From the NCBI GenBank assembly GCA_001784615.1, contig MFRQ01000025.1:7568-71567 (forward strand): a stretch of DNA of 64,000 nucleotides, read 5' to 3'. The position numbers and the translations under genes are program-made. A model generated the notes under the pieces. It did no database searches, was not told the DNA's origin, and was given only the letters and a program-made list of their open reading frames with translations. Shown here in pieces: positions 8,174 to 16,358 of the stretch. This DNA comes from Candidatus Melainabacteria bacterium RIFOXYA2_FULL_32_9 (lineage in GTDB: Bacteria; Cyanobacteriota; Vampirovibrionia; Gastranaerophilales; UBA9579). Each line of letters begins with the position of its first letter. The stretch's first letter is position 1.

Positions 8174-10636
8174 CTACTCTCTAAAGTTGATATCAGAATA
8201 AGCTTTTTTTAGTCCTTCTTTAATTCTACTTATTTCAACATCTATTTTTTCATCAGTTAAAGTGGCATTCGGGTCCTGAAGAGTTATTCTACATGCTAAA
8301 CTCTTTGAACCTTCAGGAACATGCTTACCCTGATATACATCGAAAATATCTGCTTTTTTAAATAGATTTGAAGATACTTTTTTGATTGTTTTTGCAATAT
8401 CTTGATATGAGATATTTTGAGGGATTATAAATGCTATATCCCTATAAACCGCAGGATATAAAGGCAATTCTTTATATCTTGGTGCAGTATAGGTAATATT
8501 AGATAATACTTTCTCAAGATCAATCTCAAAAATGTATACAGGTTGGGCTAATTTGCATTTTTCCATTGTATCAGGATGCAACTCTCCAAAGGTTCCAAAA
8601 GAGACTGGTGTTTTGCCAAGCAGCCTTATTTCAGCTGTCCTTCCTGGATGCAAGTATGAGATATTAGAAACAGGATGATACTCAACTCTGTTTTCTAAGC
8701 CTAAATCTTTTATTAAAGATTCAACAATTCCTTTTAAAGTATAGAAATCTGTTTCTTGAGGATTATGCCATTTACTGGAAGCCATATTTCCAGTAATAGC
8801 ACCGGATATGATTCTATTTTCTTCTACACCAGAATTTCTTTGATCAGGAATTCCTTTTAAGAAGAAAGTTTTTCCAATTTCATAGATCCATATATTTTTC
8901 TGTCCCTGATCAAAATTATATTTAACGATTTGAACTATGCTAGGAACTAGACTTTGTCTGAGCATTGTATATTCATCGGATTGTGGATTTGAGACTTTAA
9001 CTGCTTCATTATCATTATAATTCATTCCAATCCAGTTAAGCAAAGGTGTCCCTGTCAAAGATGAAGTTACAATTTCATTTAATCCACTACTTAGAAGCAG
9101 TTTATTTATATGGTTAATAGTTTCGGTTTCTTTGCTTATCTCAGAAGCTTGAGTTTTCCTTGGTAAAGTAGGTTCAATCTTGTCATAGCCATAAATTCTA
9201 CCTATTTCTTCTATAAGATCGATTTCTCTGGTAACATCATTAACTCTATAACTTGGCACCAAAAACTTGGCAGAGAAATCATTCTTGCCTAGAAGCTCAA
9301 ATCCTAAATGTTCCGATATTTGAATACATTTATTACCGGGTATTTCAATTCCTAAAATTCTCTTAATTTGGTTGAATCTTAAGGTTATTTCAATATCGGG
9401 TAATTTATTATCACCTGTTTCTGATATTCCACAGATTTTAGCATCAGCTAACTCTACTAACAAGTCTATAGCCCTTAATAAAGCAGGTTTTACTGACTCA
9501 ATATCAACTCCTCTTTCAAATCTTGCACAGGCTTCTGTTCTTAAACCTACGCTTTTTGCAGATTTTCTATTTGTCGGAGGAGTGAAATATGCAGATTCAA
9601 GGACAATATTCTTAGTATTTTTGTCTACTTCTGAATTGTATCCTCCCATTAATCCTGCTAATCCAACAGGCCCTTTATTTGTTGCTATTAAGACAGAATC
9701 ACGGGTTAGATCCCTCTTAATCTCATCTAGAGTAATTATTTTTTCACCAGGATAAGCTCTTCTAACAGAGAGATAATTTTCTTCTAATTTATCCCAATCA
9801 AAAGCATGAAGAGGCTGACCGTATTCAATCATTACGTAGTTAGTTATATCTACAACGTTATTAATACTTCTGACTCCTGAAGCCTGTAGTCTTCTTACAA
9901 GCCAGGCTGGAGATGATTTTATTTTTACATCTTTTATAATACCTGCTGCATAATATTTGCAGGTATCTTCATCTTTTATTTCTACTTTAAAATCAGAATA
10001 TTCAGGAAGTTGTGTATTTTTAATTTCGGGGTATTTAAGCTTTCTATTGAAGATCGTTGATACTTCCCTTGCTATACCAATAACGGACATCTCATCACCA
10101 CGATTAGCGGTCGGTGCCACGTGAATAATGGAATTTTCCTGAATATTTAATATTTCTTTAATATCCTGTCCTGGTTTTAAGTTTTCTTTAAATCTATTTA
10201 GGATTAAAATACCATCTTCTTCTTGAAAGTCTGAGGTTTTTAGACCAAGCTCTTCAGCTGAGCACAACATTCCTTGTGATTCCACACTCCTAATTACAGC
10301 AGGCTTCAGGGTAAATATCTCTCCGGTTTTGTTGTCTTTAACTTCAGATCCTACACTTGCATAGGGTATTAGTTGTCCTTTTGCAATATTTCTTGCTCCA
10401 CACACCACTTCTTTTGCTTCTTTGCCGTTAAAAATAGTCGCAAGCTGTAATTTATCAGCGTTAGGGTGTGGTTTTATTTCTAAAATTTCTGCTACAACTA
10501 CATTTGAAAATTCAGCACCTGTTTTTTCTATTTCTTCTACTTCCAACCCGCTCATGGTTAACCCATGAGCTATTTCTTCAGATGAAATATTCTTTATATC
10601 TACATATTCGTTTAGCCATTCTAATGAAACTTGCAT
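8174..10636 (-). CDS. pheT: Phenylalanine--tRNA ligase beta subunit
   Basis: 820 aa. N-terminal tRNA-binding domain (VVVAEILEIKPHPNADKL), then B3/4, B5 and C-terminal anticodon-binding-like domains. Lies downstream of pheS. Confidence 0.95.
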   Translation of the reverse strand: MQVSLEWLNEYVDIKNISSEEIAHGLTMSGLEVEEIEKTGAEFSNVVVAEILEIKPHPNADKLQLATIFNGKEAKEVVCGARNIAKGQLIPYASVGSEVKDNKTGEIFTLKPAVIRSVESQGMLCSAEELGLKTSDFQEEDGILILNRFKENLKPGQDIKEILNIQENSIIHVAPTANRGDEMSVIGIAREVSTIFNRKLKYPEIKNTQLPEYSDFKVEIKDEDTCKYYAAGIIKDVKIKSSPAWLVRRLQASGVRSINNVVDITNYVMIEYGQPLHAFDWDKLEENYLSVRRAYPGEKIITLDEIKRDLTRDSVLIATNKGPVGLAGLMGGYNSEVDKNTKNIVLESAYFTPPTNRKSAKSVGLRTEACARFERGVDIESVKPALLRAIDLLVELADAKICGISETGDNKLPDIEITLRFNQIKRILGIEIPGNKCIQISEHLGFELLGKNDFSAKFLVPSYRVNDVTREIDLIEEIGRIYGYDKIEPTLPRKTQASEISKETETINHINKLLLSSGLNEIVTSSLTGTPLLNWIGMNYNDNEAVKVSNPQSDEYTMLRQSLVPSIVQIVKYNFDQGQKNIWIYEIGKTFFLKGIPDQRNSGVEENRIISGAITGNMASSKWHNPQETDFYTLKGIVESLIKDLGLENRVEYHPVSNISYLHPGRTAEIRLLGKTPVSFGTFGELHPDTMEKCKLAQPVYIFEIDLEKVLSNITYTAPRYKELPLYPAVYRDIAFIIPQNISYQDIAKTIKKVSSNLFKKADIFDVYQGKHVPEGSKSLACRITLQDPNATLTDEKIDVEISRIKEGLKKAYSDINFRE

Positions 10637-10654
10637 ATTTTTTCCTTTTCTTGC

Positions 10655-11197
10655 CTATTTATCAACTTTAAAGCCTATTTGTTGAATTTTAGTTGGTTTT
10701 GTAATTTCTAATAATTGATTTAACTGTCTAAATATATCGTTGACATCTGTTCTTGTTTCTTTGGCATAGTTTATAAACTTATTTTCAAGTTCATCAAGCC
10801 TTTGAGATAATTCTTTGTTTGTAAGAGCTATTTCTTTTAATTTTGTAAATACCCTAACTATTTGTATACTTACTACTATAGCCTTTTTGCTGTTAAGAAC
10901 ATTGGAAAGCATTAATACCCCATACTCTGTAAATACATAAGGTCGTTTTTGTCTGCCCCCTCTACTTTTGTTTGATATCACAAATTGTGATATCAAATTT
11001 TTCCACTCTTCATCAGTGAGTTGGAACATAAAGTCATCTGGGAATCTTTCTATGTTTCTATTTACAGCTTGATTAAGTACTCTTGTTTCGACATTATAGA
11101 GATTAGCCAGGTCACTATCAAGCATGATTTTATGACCTCTTATAACATAAATTTTATTTTCTATTAGTTCTATAGGTACTATATTTGGCATTATCAA
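10655..11197 (-). CDS. ORF6N (KilA-N-like) DNA-binding domain protein
   Basis: IENKIYVIRGHKIMLDSDLANLYNVETRVLNQAVNRNIERFPDDFMFQLT...GGRQKRPYVFTEYGVLMLSNVL matches the ORF6N domain of phage antirepressor-type proteins. Confidence 0.85.
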   Translation of the reverse strand: MIMPNIVPIELIENKIYVIRGHKIMLDSDLANLYNVETRVLNQAVNRNIERFPDDFMFQLTDEEWKNLISQFVISNKSRGGRQKRPYVFTEYGVLMLSNVLNSKKAIVVSIQIVRVFTKLKEIALTNKELSQRLDELENKFINYAKETRTDVNDIFRQLNQLLEITKPTKIQQIGFKVDK

Positions 11198-11221
11198 CCC
11201 TTAACATAATTATAAGTTATC

Positions 11222-12256
11222 TTAAAACTGTTCCAGAAAACGTACGTCGTTATTAAAGAAAAGCCTTATATCATTGATTGCAAATTTCAGCATAGCAAGT
11301 CTTTCCACTCCCATGCCAAATGCAAAACCTGTATATATTTCAGGATCGATGTTTACATTTTTAAGTACATTAGGATCAATCATGCCTGCACCCAGGATTT
11401 CAAGCCAGCCAGTACCTGAGCAAGTGCGACATCCTTTACCTGAACATATTATGCATTGAACGTCAATTTCTGCACTTGGTTCTGTGAAAGGGAAAAAGCT
11501 TGTTCTAAATCTTGTAGGTCTTGATTGTCCAAAATATTGTCTTATAAACTCGTTTAATATTCCTTTTAAATCTCCAAAAGTTACGTCTTTATCGACCAAA
11601 AAACCTTCTACCTGATGGAAAAGATTATTTTTACGACTGCTGACAGCTTCAGATCTATATACTCTTCCCGGACTTATAACTCTTAATGGAGGAGATTTCT
11701 TTTGCATTTCTCTAATTTGAGAATTTGAGGTCTGGCTTCTTAAAAGCACTTGTGGGGCAATATTAGTATAAAATGTATCTTGCATATCTTTAGCAGGATG
11801 CTCAGGCGGGAAGTTAAGAGAATCAAAATTATAGTATTCAGTCTCTACTTCAGGGCTATTTTGATTTTCAACTATAGAAAAACCAAGTCCCTGAAATATA
11901 TTAATGATTTCATTAATTGTTGAAGTTAGAGGATGTTGTTTTCCATAAGGTTTATATATACCAGGTAAAGTTACATCAATTTTTTCTGCTTCCAGCTTTT
12001 GTGCTATAGCTTGTTTATAAAGTCCTTCACCTTTATTCTCTAATTTATTCTCAATTTCATAAGCGACAGTATTTGCCAGTTCACCTATAACAGGTTTTTC
12101 TTCGGGGGATAAATCTTTTATTCCACGTCTTATTGTGTTTAATTCACCTTTTCTTCCAAGGTATTTTACTTTTATATTTTCTATTTCTTCAAGATTTTCA
12201 GTTTCATCTATCTGTTTTAATGCTAAATTTCTTATTTCTTCTAACTTTTCTTTCAT
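11222..12256 (-). CDS. pheS: Phenylalanine--tRNA ligase alpha subunit
   Basis: 344 aa. Class II aaRS motifs (FPFTEPSAE, GFAFGMGVERL) with the known CxxCxGKGCxxCxGTGW zinc-ribbon insert. Confidence 0.95.
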   Translation of the reverse strand: MKEKLEEIRNLALKQIDETENLEEIENIKVKYLGRKGELNTIRRGIKDLSPEEKPVIGELANTVAYEIENKLENKGEGLYKQAIAQKLEAEKIDVTLPGIYKPYGKQHPLTSTINEIINIFQGLGFSIVENQNSPEVETEYYNFDSLNFPPEHPAKDMQDTFYTNIAPQVLLRSQTSNSQIREMQKKSPPLRVISPGRVYRSEAVSSRKNNLFHQVEGFLVDKDVTFGDLKGILNEFIRQYFGQSRPTRFRTSFFPFTEPSAEIDVQCIICSGKGCRTCSGTGWLEILGAGMIDPNVLKNVNIDPEIYTGFAFGMGVERLAMLKFAINDIRLFFNNDVRFLEQF

Positions 12257-12513
12257 ATAATCCTCAACTAAACCATGGTTTGTGGCTTGTAATATATTTT
12301 ATCATCTAATTTTACTGCTTATTATATGATAAATATTCTTTAAAAAAGAGAATAAAATCAAGAATCTTAAAAAATTTATAATTAATTCTGGTTAAAATAA
12401 CTGGCTTTTAGAGTAGTTTGGGAGCTTGTCAGGATTTTCACAAATTCAAACCTAATAGATTGTTTCATTAATTAAGAAGAGTCAGAGTACAAGCTACATA
12501 AATTTTTGCTTTG

Positions 12514-12565
12514 AGATTGCTTTGTAAAAACGATTATTGGTCAATATTCACTTTTCAATAATGAC
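12514..12565. repeat. Degenerate R-type arm of the GTCAT/ATGAC hairpin repeat family
   Basis: Begins AGATTGCTT and ends CAATAATGAC. The interior has diverged. Confidence 0.3.
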
Positions 12566-12629
12566 ATGCTTATTTAAGTAGTGTCTTAAGTTAGAAAAAA
12601 GACAAATATTAACCAAAACCATGAAGAAT

Positions 12630-12717
12630 AGACAATTCTCATGGTATTATTGTTTTTATATTTATATAACATATGAGGGACATAATTAAGTATAAGAAGA
12701 AAAGGAGGGCAGAGAAA
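12630..12717 (+). promoter_or_regulatory. Duplicated promoter/5'UTR module, copy A (upstream of peptide A)
   Basis: Aligns with 16098-16179: caatTcTCAtggt...gtttttatatttatata. Putative -35 TTCTCA (12636-12641), 17-nt spacer, -10 TATTTA (12659-12664). SD AAAGGAGGG at 12701-12709. Confidence 0.4.
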
Positions 12718-12876
12718 ATGTCACGAATCAAGGTGTTAATGAGAGAGTTGGATTTGGGGGAAGACATAGTAGAGAAAACAATAAACAAAATAAATGAGAT
12801 TTGCCAGGACTTTGAAAAAGAGACTGGCAATTTTCATTTTATGGGACTAAATGGCAACGGAGATGGAGACAATTAA
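12718..12876 (+). CDS. Small peptide A (52 aa), candidate precursor/leader-type peptide
   Basis: MSRIKVLMRELDLGEDIVEKTINKINEICQDFEKETGNFHFMGLNGNGDGDN. Strong SD 8 nt upstream. The N-terminal ~28 aa are paralogous to peptide B at 16180. The listed ORF start at 12673 is probably an upstream extension. Confidence 0.55.
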   Translation: MSRIKVLMRELDLGEDIVEKTINKINEICQDFEKETGNFHFMGLNGNGDGDN

Positions 12877-12927
12877 GAGTTAAAAAGAGTTAGTCAAAGG
12901 TTAGAAAAAGATTGGAGGGACACAAGT

Positions 12928-14022
12928 ATGGTAAATGCGATTGGTAGTAATCCAATGCAAGATTTTTACAAATTGAAGGATCAGACAGACTTAAAATCAC
13001 AAATAAGTAAACTGATAACTCAATTAGGATCAGCTCAAACCCCAGATGCAAAGGCTAAAATATCAAATCAGATCCAAAATCTATCTCAATCATCAGGACA
13101 GTCTTTATCAAATTTGGGTGTAGATACAGGTTCTATTTTCTCACCGAAAATGGCATTAATGGCTACTCCTAATAATGCTGCAGCTCCTACTGCAAATGCA
13201 AATGCTACAGTTGCCCCTGCTGCAAACGCTGCTCCAACAGCAAATGCTAACAATAATAACGAAACACCTAAAGAAGGGGCTGTCTCTAAAAAAGAAGGTG
13301 AAAAAATAGTTGATGATTTAAATACTGAAATGGGTATAGAAAATAAAGGAGGAAACTTAAAAGAATGGGCTAAGGCAGCCAAAGAAAAAGATGAAATTAC
13401 AGTAAAAGATAAAAACGGAAAAGAAAAAGACGGAGAAAAAATCGAAAAAGGGGATATTCTTGAAGTTAAATCCGCCAAACATGGATTAGTAAAAATAGAA
13501 GCCGGTGGCGACGGTGAAATGAACGGAAAAGATGACAAAGTATTATCCGTAGGTGGTCAAGCAGCAGCTAATGGAGCACAAAATGGGTTAAACAACATAA
13601 ATCAAGCAGCTGGTGCAAATGCTCAAGATCCAACCGCTCAAAAAACAGCCGCAACCCCTAACGCTCAAGCAGGACAAGCAACACCAGCGGCAGCACCTCA
13701 AAAAACAGACATACAAGAAGGAATAGCTAAATTTAATCAAACAGGACAACCTGTTTGGAATAAAGCTGAATGTCCAGCCTGCAAAGGAAAAGGTTGTAAA
13801 TACTGTAGTGACGACGTACCACCTGCAGCACAAGGAGTTCAACCAGCAGCAGCTAACCCTGCTCAGCAAACCCCGGCTTTAGATGTCGCTAATACACAAA
13901 CAAAAGGAACTTCTCAACTTAATGGAATGGTCAATCAAGCACAAAATCCACAGCAATTATCAGAAACAGAAATTAAGAATTTATTAGCTGCTATTATGCA
14001 ATTAGCAAACAAGCAGCAATAG
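12928..14022 (+). CDS. Low-complexity Ala/Asn/Gln/Pro-rich protein with CxxCxGxGCxxC zinc-ribbon motif
   Basis: 364 aa. SD GGAGGG 8 nt upstream. AAPTANANA-type repeats and a single CPACKGKGCKYC motif. No signal peptide or TM segment seen. A terminator follows directly. Confidence 0.6.
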   Translation: MVNAIGSNPMQDFYKLKDQTDLKSQISKLITQLGSAQTPDAKAKISNQIQNLSQSSGQSLSNLGVDTGSIFSPKMALMATPNNAAAPTANANATVAPAANAAPTANANNNNETPKEGAVSKKEGEKIVDDLNTEMGIENKGGNLKEWAKAAKEKDEITVKDKNGKEKDGEKIEKGDILEVKSAKHGLVKIEAGGDGEMNGKDDKVLSVGGQAAANGAQNGLNNINQAAGANAQDPTAQKTAATPNAQAGQATPAAAPQKTDIQEGIAKFNQTGQPVWNKAECPACKGKGCKYCSDDVPPAAQGVQPAAANPAQQTPALDVANTQTKGTSQLNGMVNQAQNPQQLSETEIKNLLAAIMQLANKQQ

Positions 14023-14041
14023 ATACTTAAAATAAGATTCT

Positions 14042-14080
14042 AAGGAACTTGAAATATATATTTCAAGTTCCTTCCCTTTT
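14042..14080 (+). terminator. Rho-independent terminator
   Basis: aaggaacttgaaata / tatttcaagttcctt, 15-bp inverted repeat, followed by cccTTTT. Confidence 0.75.
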
Positions 14081-14161
14081 AAAATCTATTCTTTTTTATT
14101 GAAAAATTTCCTATACTTCAAATATACAGACTTTAATAAACTTAATTAGGAGAATAATAGA

Positions 14162-16027
14162 ATGAATAAAGATTCTCAATTTAATGATCTTGATGTCCTT
14201 ATGATTTTACCTCCTCAATGGACACCGTTAAGTCCGTATTATGCATTACCAATACTCGCAGGTGAGTTAAAGAGAGCTGGATATAGCTGTATTATTAAAG
14301 ATTTAAATATAGATTTTTTTCATAGAATATTGTCTCCTGAGTTTTTAACCTGGTGCAGAGTCGCAGTAAATAATAGACATGAGAAACTTGGAGAAGAATT
14401 TATAAATTCAATAGCTGATGAAGGAGTAAATGCTTTCTCAGGAGCAAGTGATCTTTATCATGAGATAGAAAGTAAAATCGAAAAATATGAACTTTATTGG
14501 GACACAGTAATAAATAATATAAATAAAGCCAAAAATATCCTGCAAACAGAAGAAATTTATGACCCCCAAAAAATGGCGTGGGCTTTTAATATAATTACAA
14601 AAGGTCTTGATATAGCTAGCTTACCGTATTTTCCATCAAAAATTATGCTGAGAGATTTCAAAAATAGAAATCACAAGATGACTTTAGAATCTGTAATTGA
14701 GGCTACAAGCAATAAAGATGAGAATCCTTTTATTGATTATTATGAGCTGGTTTTTTCTTCAATATCTGACTTAAACCCAAAAATGATAGGAATCTCTATT
14801 AATGCTTTCTCTCAAGTAGTAAGTGGTTTAACTTTAGCAAAATTATTAAAAGATAATTTAAAAAATACTCATATAACTATTGGTGGAAACTTTTTCACAA
14901 GAGTAATAAATACTTTAAAAGATAAACCTGAATTTTTCGAGCATTTCTGTCATTCTCTTACATACGAAGAAGGTGAAATACCTGTTATAAAACTGATTGA
15001 ATCCATAAAAACAAATCAAGACTTATCACAAATACCCAATTTACTTTATCTAAAAGATAAAGAGGTTGTAATAAATGAGAAATGTCAGTCAAAAAAACTG
15101 GATGATATCGCTGATCCCGACCTAGCAGGAATTGATCTAAAAGCTTATTTATCTCCGGAAATTGTATTACCAATACAAGCCTCAAGAGGTTGTTACTGGA
15201 AAAAATGTACATTTTGCGACCACGATTTCGGCGTAAATTATAATATTAAATCCTGTGAGAAATTAATTTCGGAAATGAAAGTATTAAATGAAAAATATGG
15301 TATAAAGCACTTTGAGTTTATTGATGAAGCTATTTCTCCGTCATATTTAAGAAAAATGAGTCAAGCTATACTTGATAATAATCTGGATGTAAGATGGTTT
15401 ATTTATGCCAGGACAGAAAAAGGTTTTACAAAAGAGCTTTTAGACCTTGCATACAAAGCAGGATGCAGGATGACTATGTGGGGCGTAGAAAGCGGTTCTA
15501 GAAGAATTATGGATTTAATTAATAAAGGTATTGATATAGATAATAGATTTGAACCTTTAAAACTTGCAAATGATTCTGGAATATGGAATTTCTGTTTCTT
15601 ATTCTTTGGTTTTCCTACAGAAACTTCTGAAGAAGCAATGACGACGATAAATATGATCATCGACAATAAAGAAATAATTAACTCATATGGATTAAGTAAT
15701 TTCTCACTAGGAAAACATACAAAAATGCGTGAAGAGCCTGAAAAATTCTCTATAGCAAACATTAGAGAAGATGAAGAAGATTTATCAACCAGACTTCATT
15801 ATGATGTACTTGAAGGAATGACTCCTTCTCAAATATTAAAAGTTAATGAATTATGTTCTGCAATTTGTCAAAGAATTTACTTTGCTCCTTTATGGTTCTC
15901 AATAGGTTTTAGAGAGTTTTTACATCTATATCTGGATAAGTTTGGATTTGAATATGTTAAACAGTATTCTTATCTTGATCCTGAAAAAGCAGATAAACAT
16001 AGAGAACACACTACGAGTGAGCAATAA
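14162..16027 (+). CDS. B12-binding-domain radical SAM protein (class B-like), atypical Cx4Cx2C cluster motif
   Basis: 621 aa. N-terminal LMILPPQW...YYALPILAGELKRAGY and IGISINAFSQ...ITIGGNFFT (cobalamin-binding-like Rossmann). Radical SAM core ASRGCYWKKCTFCDH. SD AGGAG 9 nt upstream. Confidence 0.8.
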   Translation: MNKDSQFNDLDVLMILPPQWTPLSPYYALPILAGELKRAGYSCIIKDLNIDFFHRILSPEFLTWCRVAVNNRHEKLGEEFINSIADEGVNAFSGASDLYHEIESKIEKYELYWDTVINNINKAKNILQTEEIYDPQKMAWAFNIITKGLDIASLPYFPSKIMLRDFKNRNHKMTLESVIEATSNKDENPFIDYYELVFSSISDLNPKMIGISINAFSQVVSGLTLAKLLKDNLKNTHITIGGNFFTRVINTLKDKPEFFEHFCHSLTYEEGEIPVIKLIESIKTNQDLSQIPNLLYLKDKEVVINEKCQSKKLDDIADPDLAGIDLKAYLSPEIVLPIQASRGCYWKKCTFCDHDFGVNYNIKSCEKLISEMKVLNEKYGIKHFEFIDEAISPSYLRKMSQAILDNNLDVRWFIYARTEKGFTKELLDLAYKAGCRMTMWGVESGSRRIMDLINKGIDIDNRFEPLKLANDSGIWNFCFLFFGFPTETSEEAMTTINMIIDNKEIINSYGLSNFSLGKHTKMREEPEKFSIANIREDEEDLSTRLHYDVLEGMTPSQILKVNELCSAICQRIYFAPLWFSIGFREFLHLYLDKFGFEYVKQYSYLDPEKADKHREHTTSEQ

Positions 16028-16097
16028 GGCGTAATAAAAAATTTTTATGTTCTTAATTTCATCATTTATTAAGTTCCAAAGAAAAACATTCAAAAAG

Positions 16098-16179
16098 AGG
16101 CAATTTTCATGGTTTTTAAGTTTTTATATTTATATAGCATATAAAAAATATATCATAAGAGAGAGATAAGAGGAGAGAA
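16098..16179 (+). promoter_or_regulatory. Duplicated promoter/5'UTR module, copy B (upstream of peptide B)
   Basis: Aligns with 12630-12717. Putative -35 TTTTCA (16104-16109), 17-nt spacer, -10 TATTTA (16127-16132). SD GAGGAG just before the ATG. Confidence 0.4.
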
Positions 16180-16302
16180 ATGGCACGGACAAGTGTATTA
16201 ATGAAAGAATTGGATTTAAGGGTAGGCCCGGGAGAAAGAACTGTGAATAAAATAAATAAAATTTTCTGTAACTGTAAAACAGTTTCAACTAACCCAGCTT
16301 AA
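16180..16302 (+). CDS. Small peptide B (40 aa), candidate precursor peptide (below the ORF-track size cutoff)
   Basis: MARTSVLMKELDLRVGPGERTVNKINKIFCNCKTVSTNPA. Shares M-[SA]-R-x-x-VLM-[RK]-ELDL...E-[KR]-T-[IV]-NKIN-[EK]-I with peptide A. Cys-containing divergent C-terminus. A terminator follows. Confidence 0.5.
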   Translation: MARTSVLMKELDLRVGPGERTVNKINKIFCNCKTVSTNPA

Positions 16303-16319
16303 TAGACGGGCTATTAAAA

Positions 16320-16347
16320 GCTTGAGAGCTTATCTCAAGCCTTTTTA
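16320..16347. terminator. Rho-independent terminator (bidirectional; serves peptide B and pilT)
   Basis: gcttgaga-gctta-tctcaagc, followed by cTTTTT on the + strand and preceded by AAAA. Confidence 0.7.
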
Positions 16348-16358
16348 TGTAAATCTAT

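Noticed and set aside
9372-9755. Antisense or shadow ORFs inside well-supported genes. Examples: 393..584, 2371..2577, 3498..3689, 4044..4277, 4622..4828, 6109..6342, 9372..9755, 10468..10671, 11274..11459, 13086..13538, 13588..13869, 14985..15212, 15403..15762, 23045..23363, 23855..24331, 25710..25991, 26086..26574, 28801..29022, 31784..32008, 32870..33751, 38914..39210, 40117..40302, 42674..43033, 45971..46204, 46793..46987, 51068..51409, 55488..55676, 57161..57373, 57651..57983, 61625..61813, 62373..62570.
   Set aside because: Each overlaps, on the opposite strand or in another frame, a longer ORF with clear family motifs. Their sequences are low-complexity products typical of AT-rich antisense frames and they lack SD sequences.
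11400-11470. Cys-rich insertion CIICSGKGCRTCSGTGW in PheS as a novel feature.
   Set aside because: The same CxxCxGxGCxxCxGTGW zinc-ribbon insert is a known feature of PheS in many bacteria (e.g. Bacillus-type enzymes).
12257-12629. T-box or other leader upstream of pheS in the 460-bp gap.
   Set aside because: No T-box sequence (AGGGTGGNACCGCG-like), specifier-loop architecture or terminator/antiterminator pair was recognisable. The region is AT-rich and contains only a degenerate repeat arm.
12673-12717. Upstream extension of peptide A (MRDIIKYKKKRRAEK...) as given in the ORF track.
   Set aside because: A strong SD (AAAGGAGGG) lies inside this extension, 8 nt before the internal ATG at 12718. 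Homology with peptide B also begins exactly at that Met.
14081-14161. Cobalamin riboswitch upstream of either B12-radical SAM gene (also 29610-29800).
   Set aside because: No B12-box-like GCCACTG core or the GC-rich multi-stem structure expected. The leaders are short or AT-rich.
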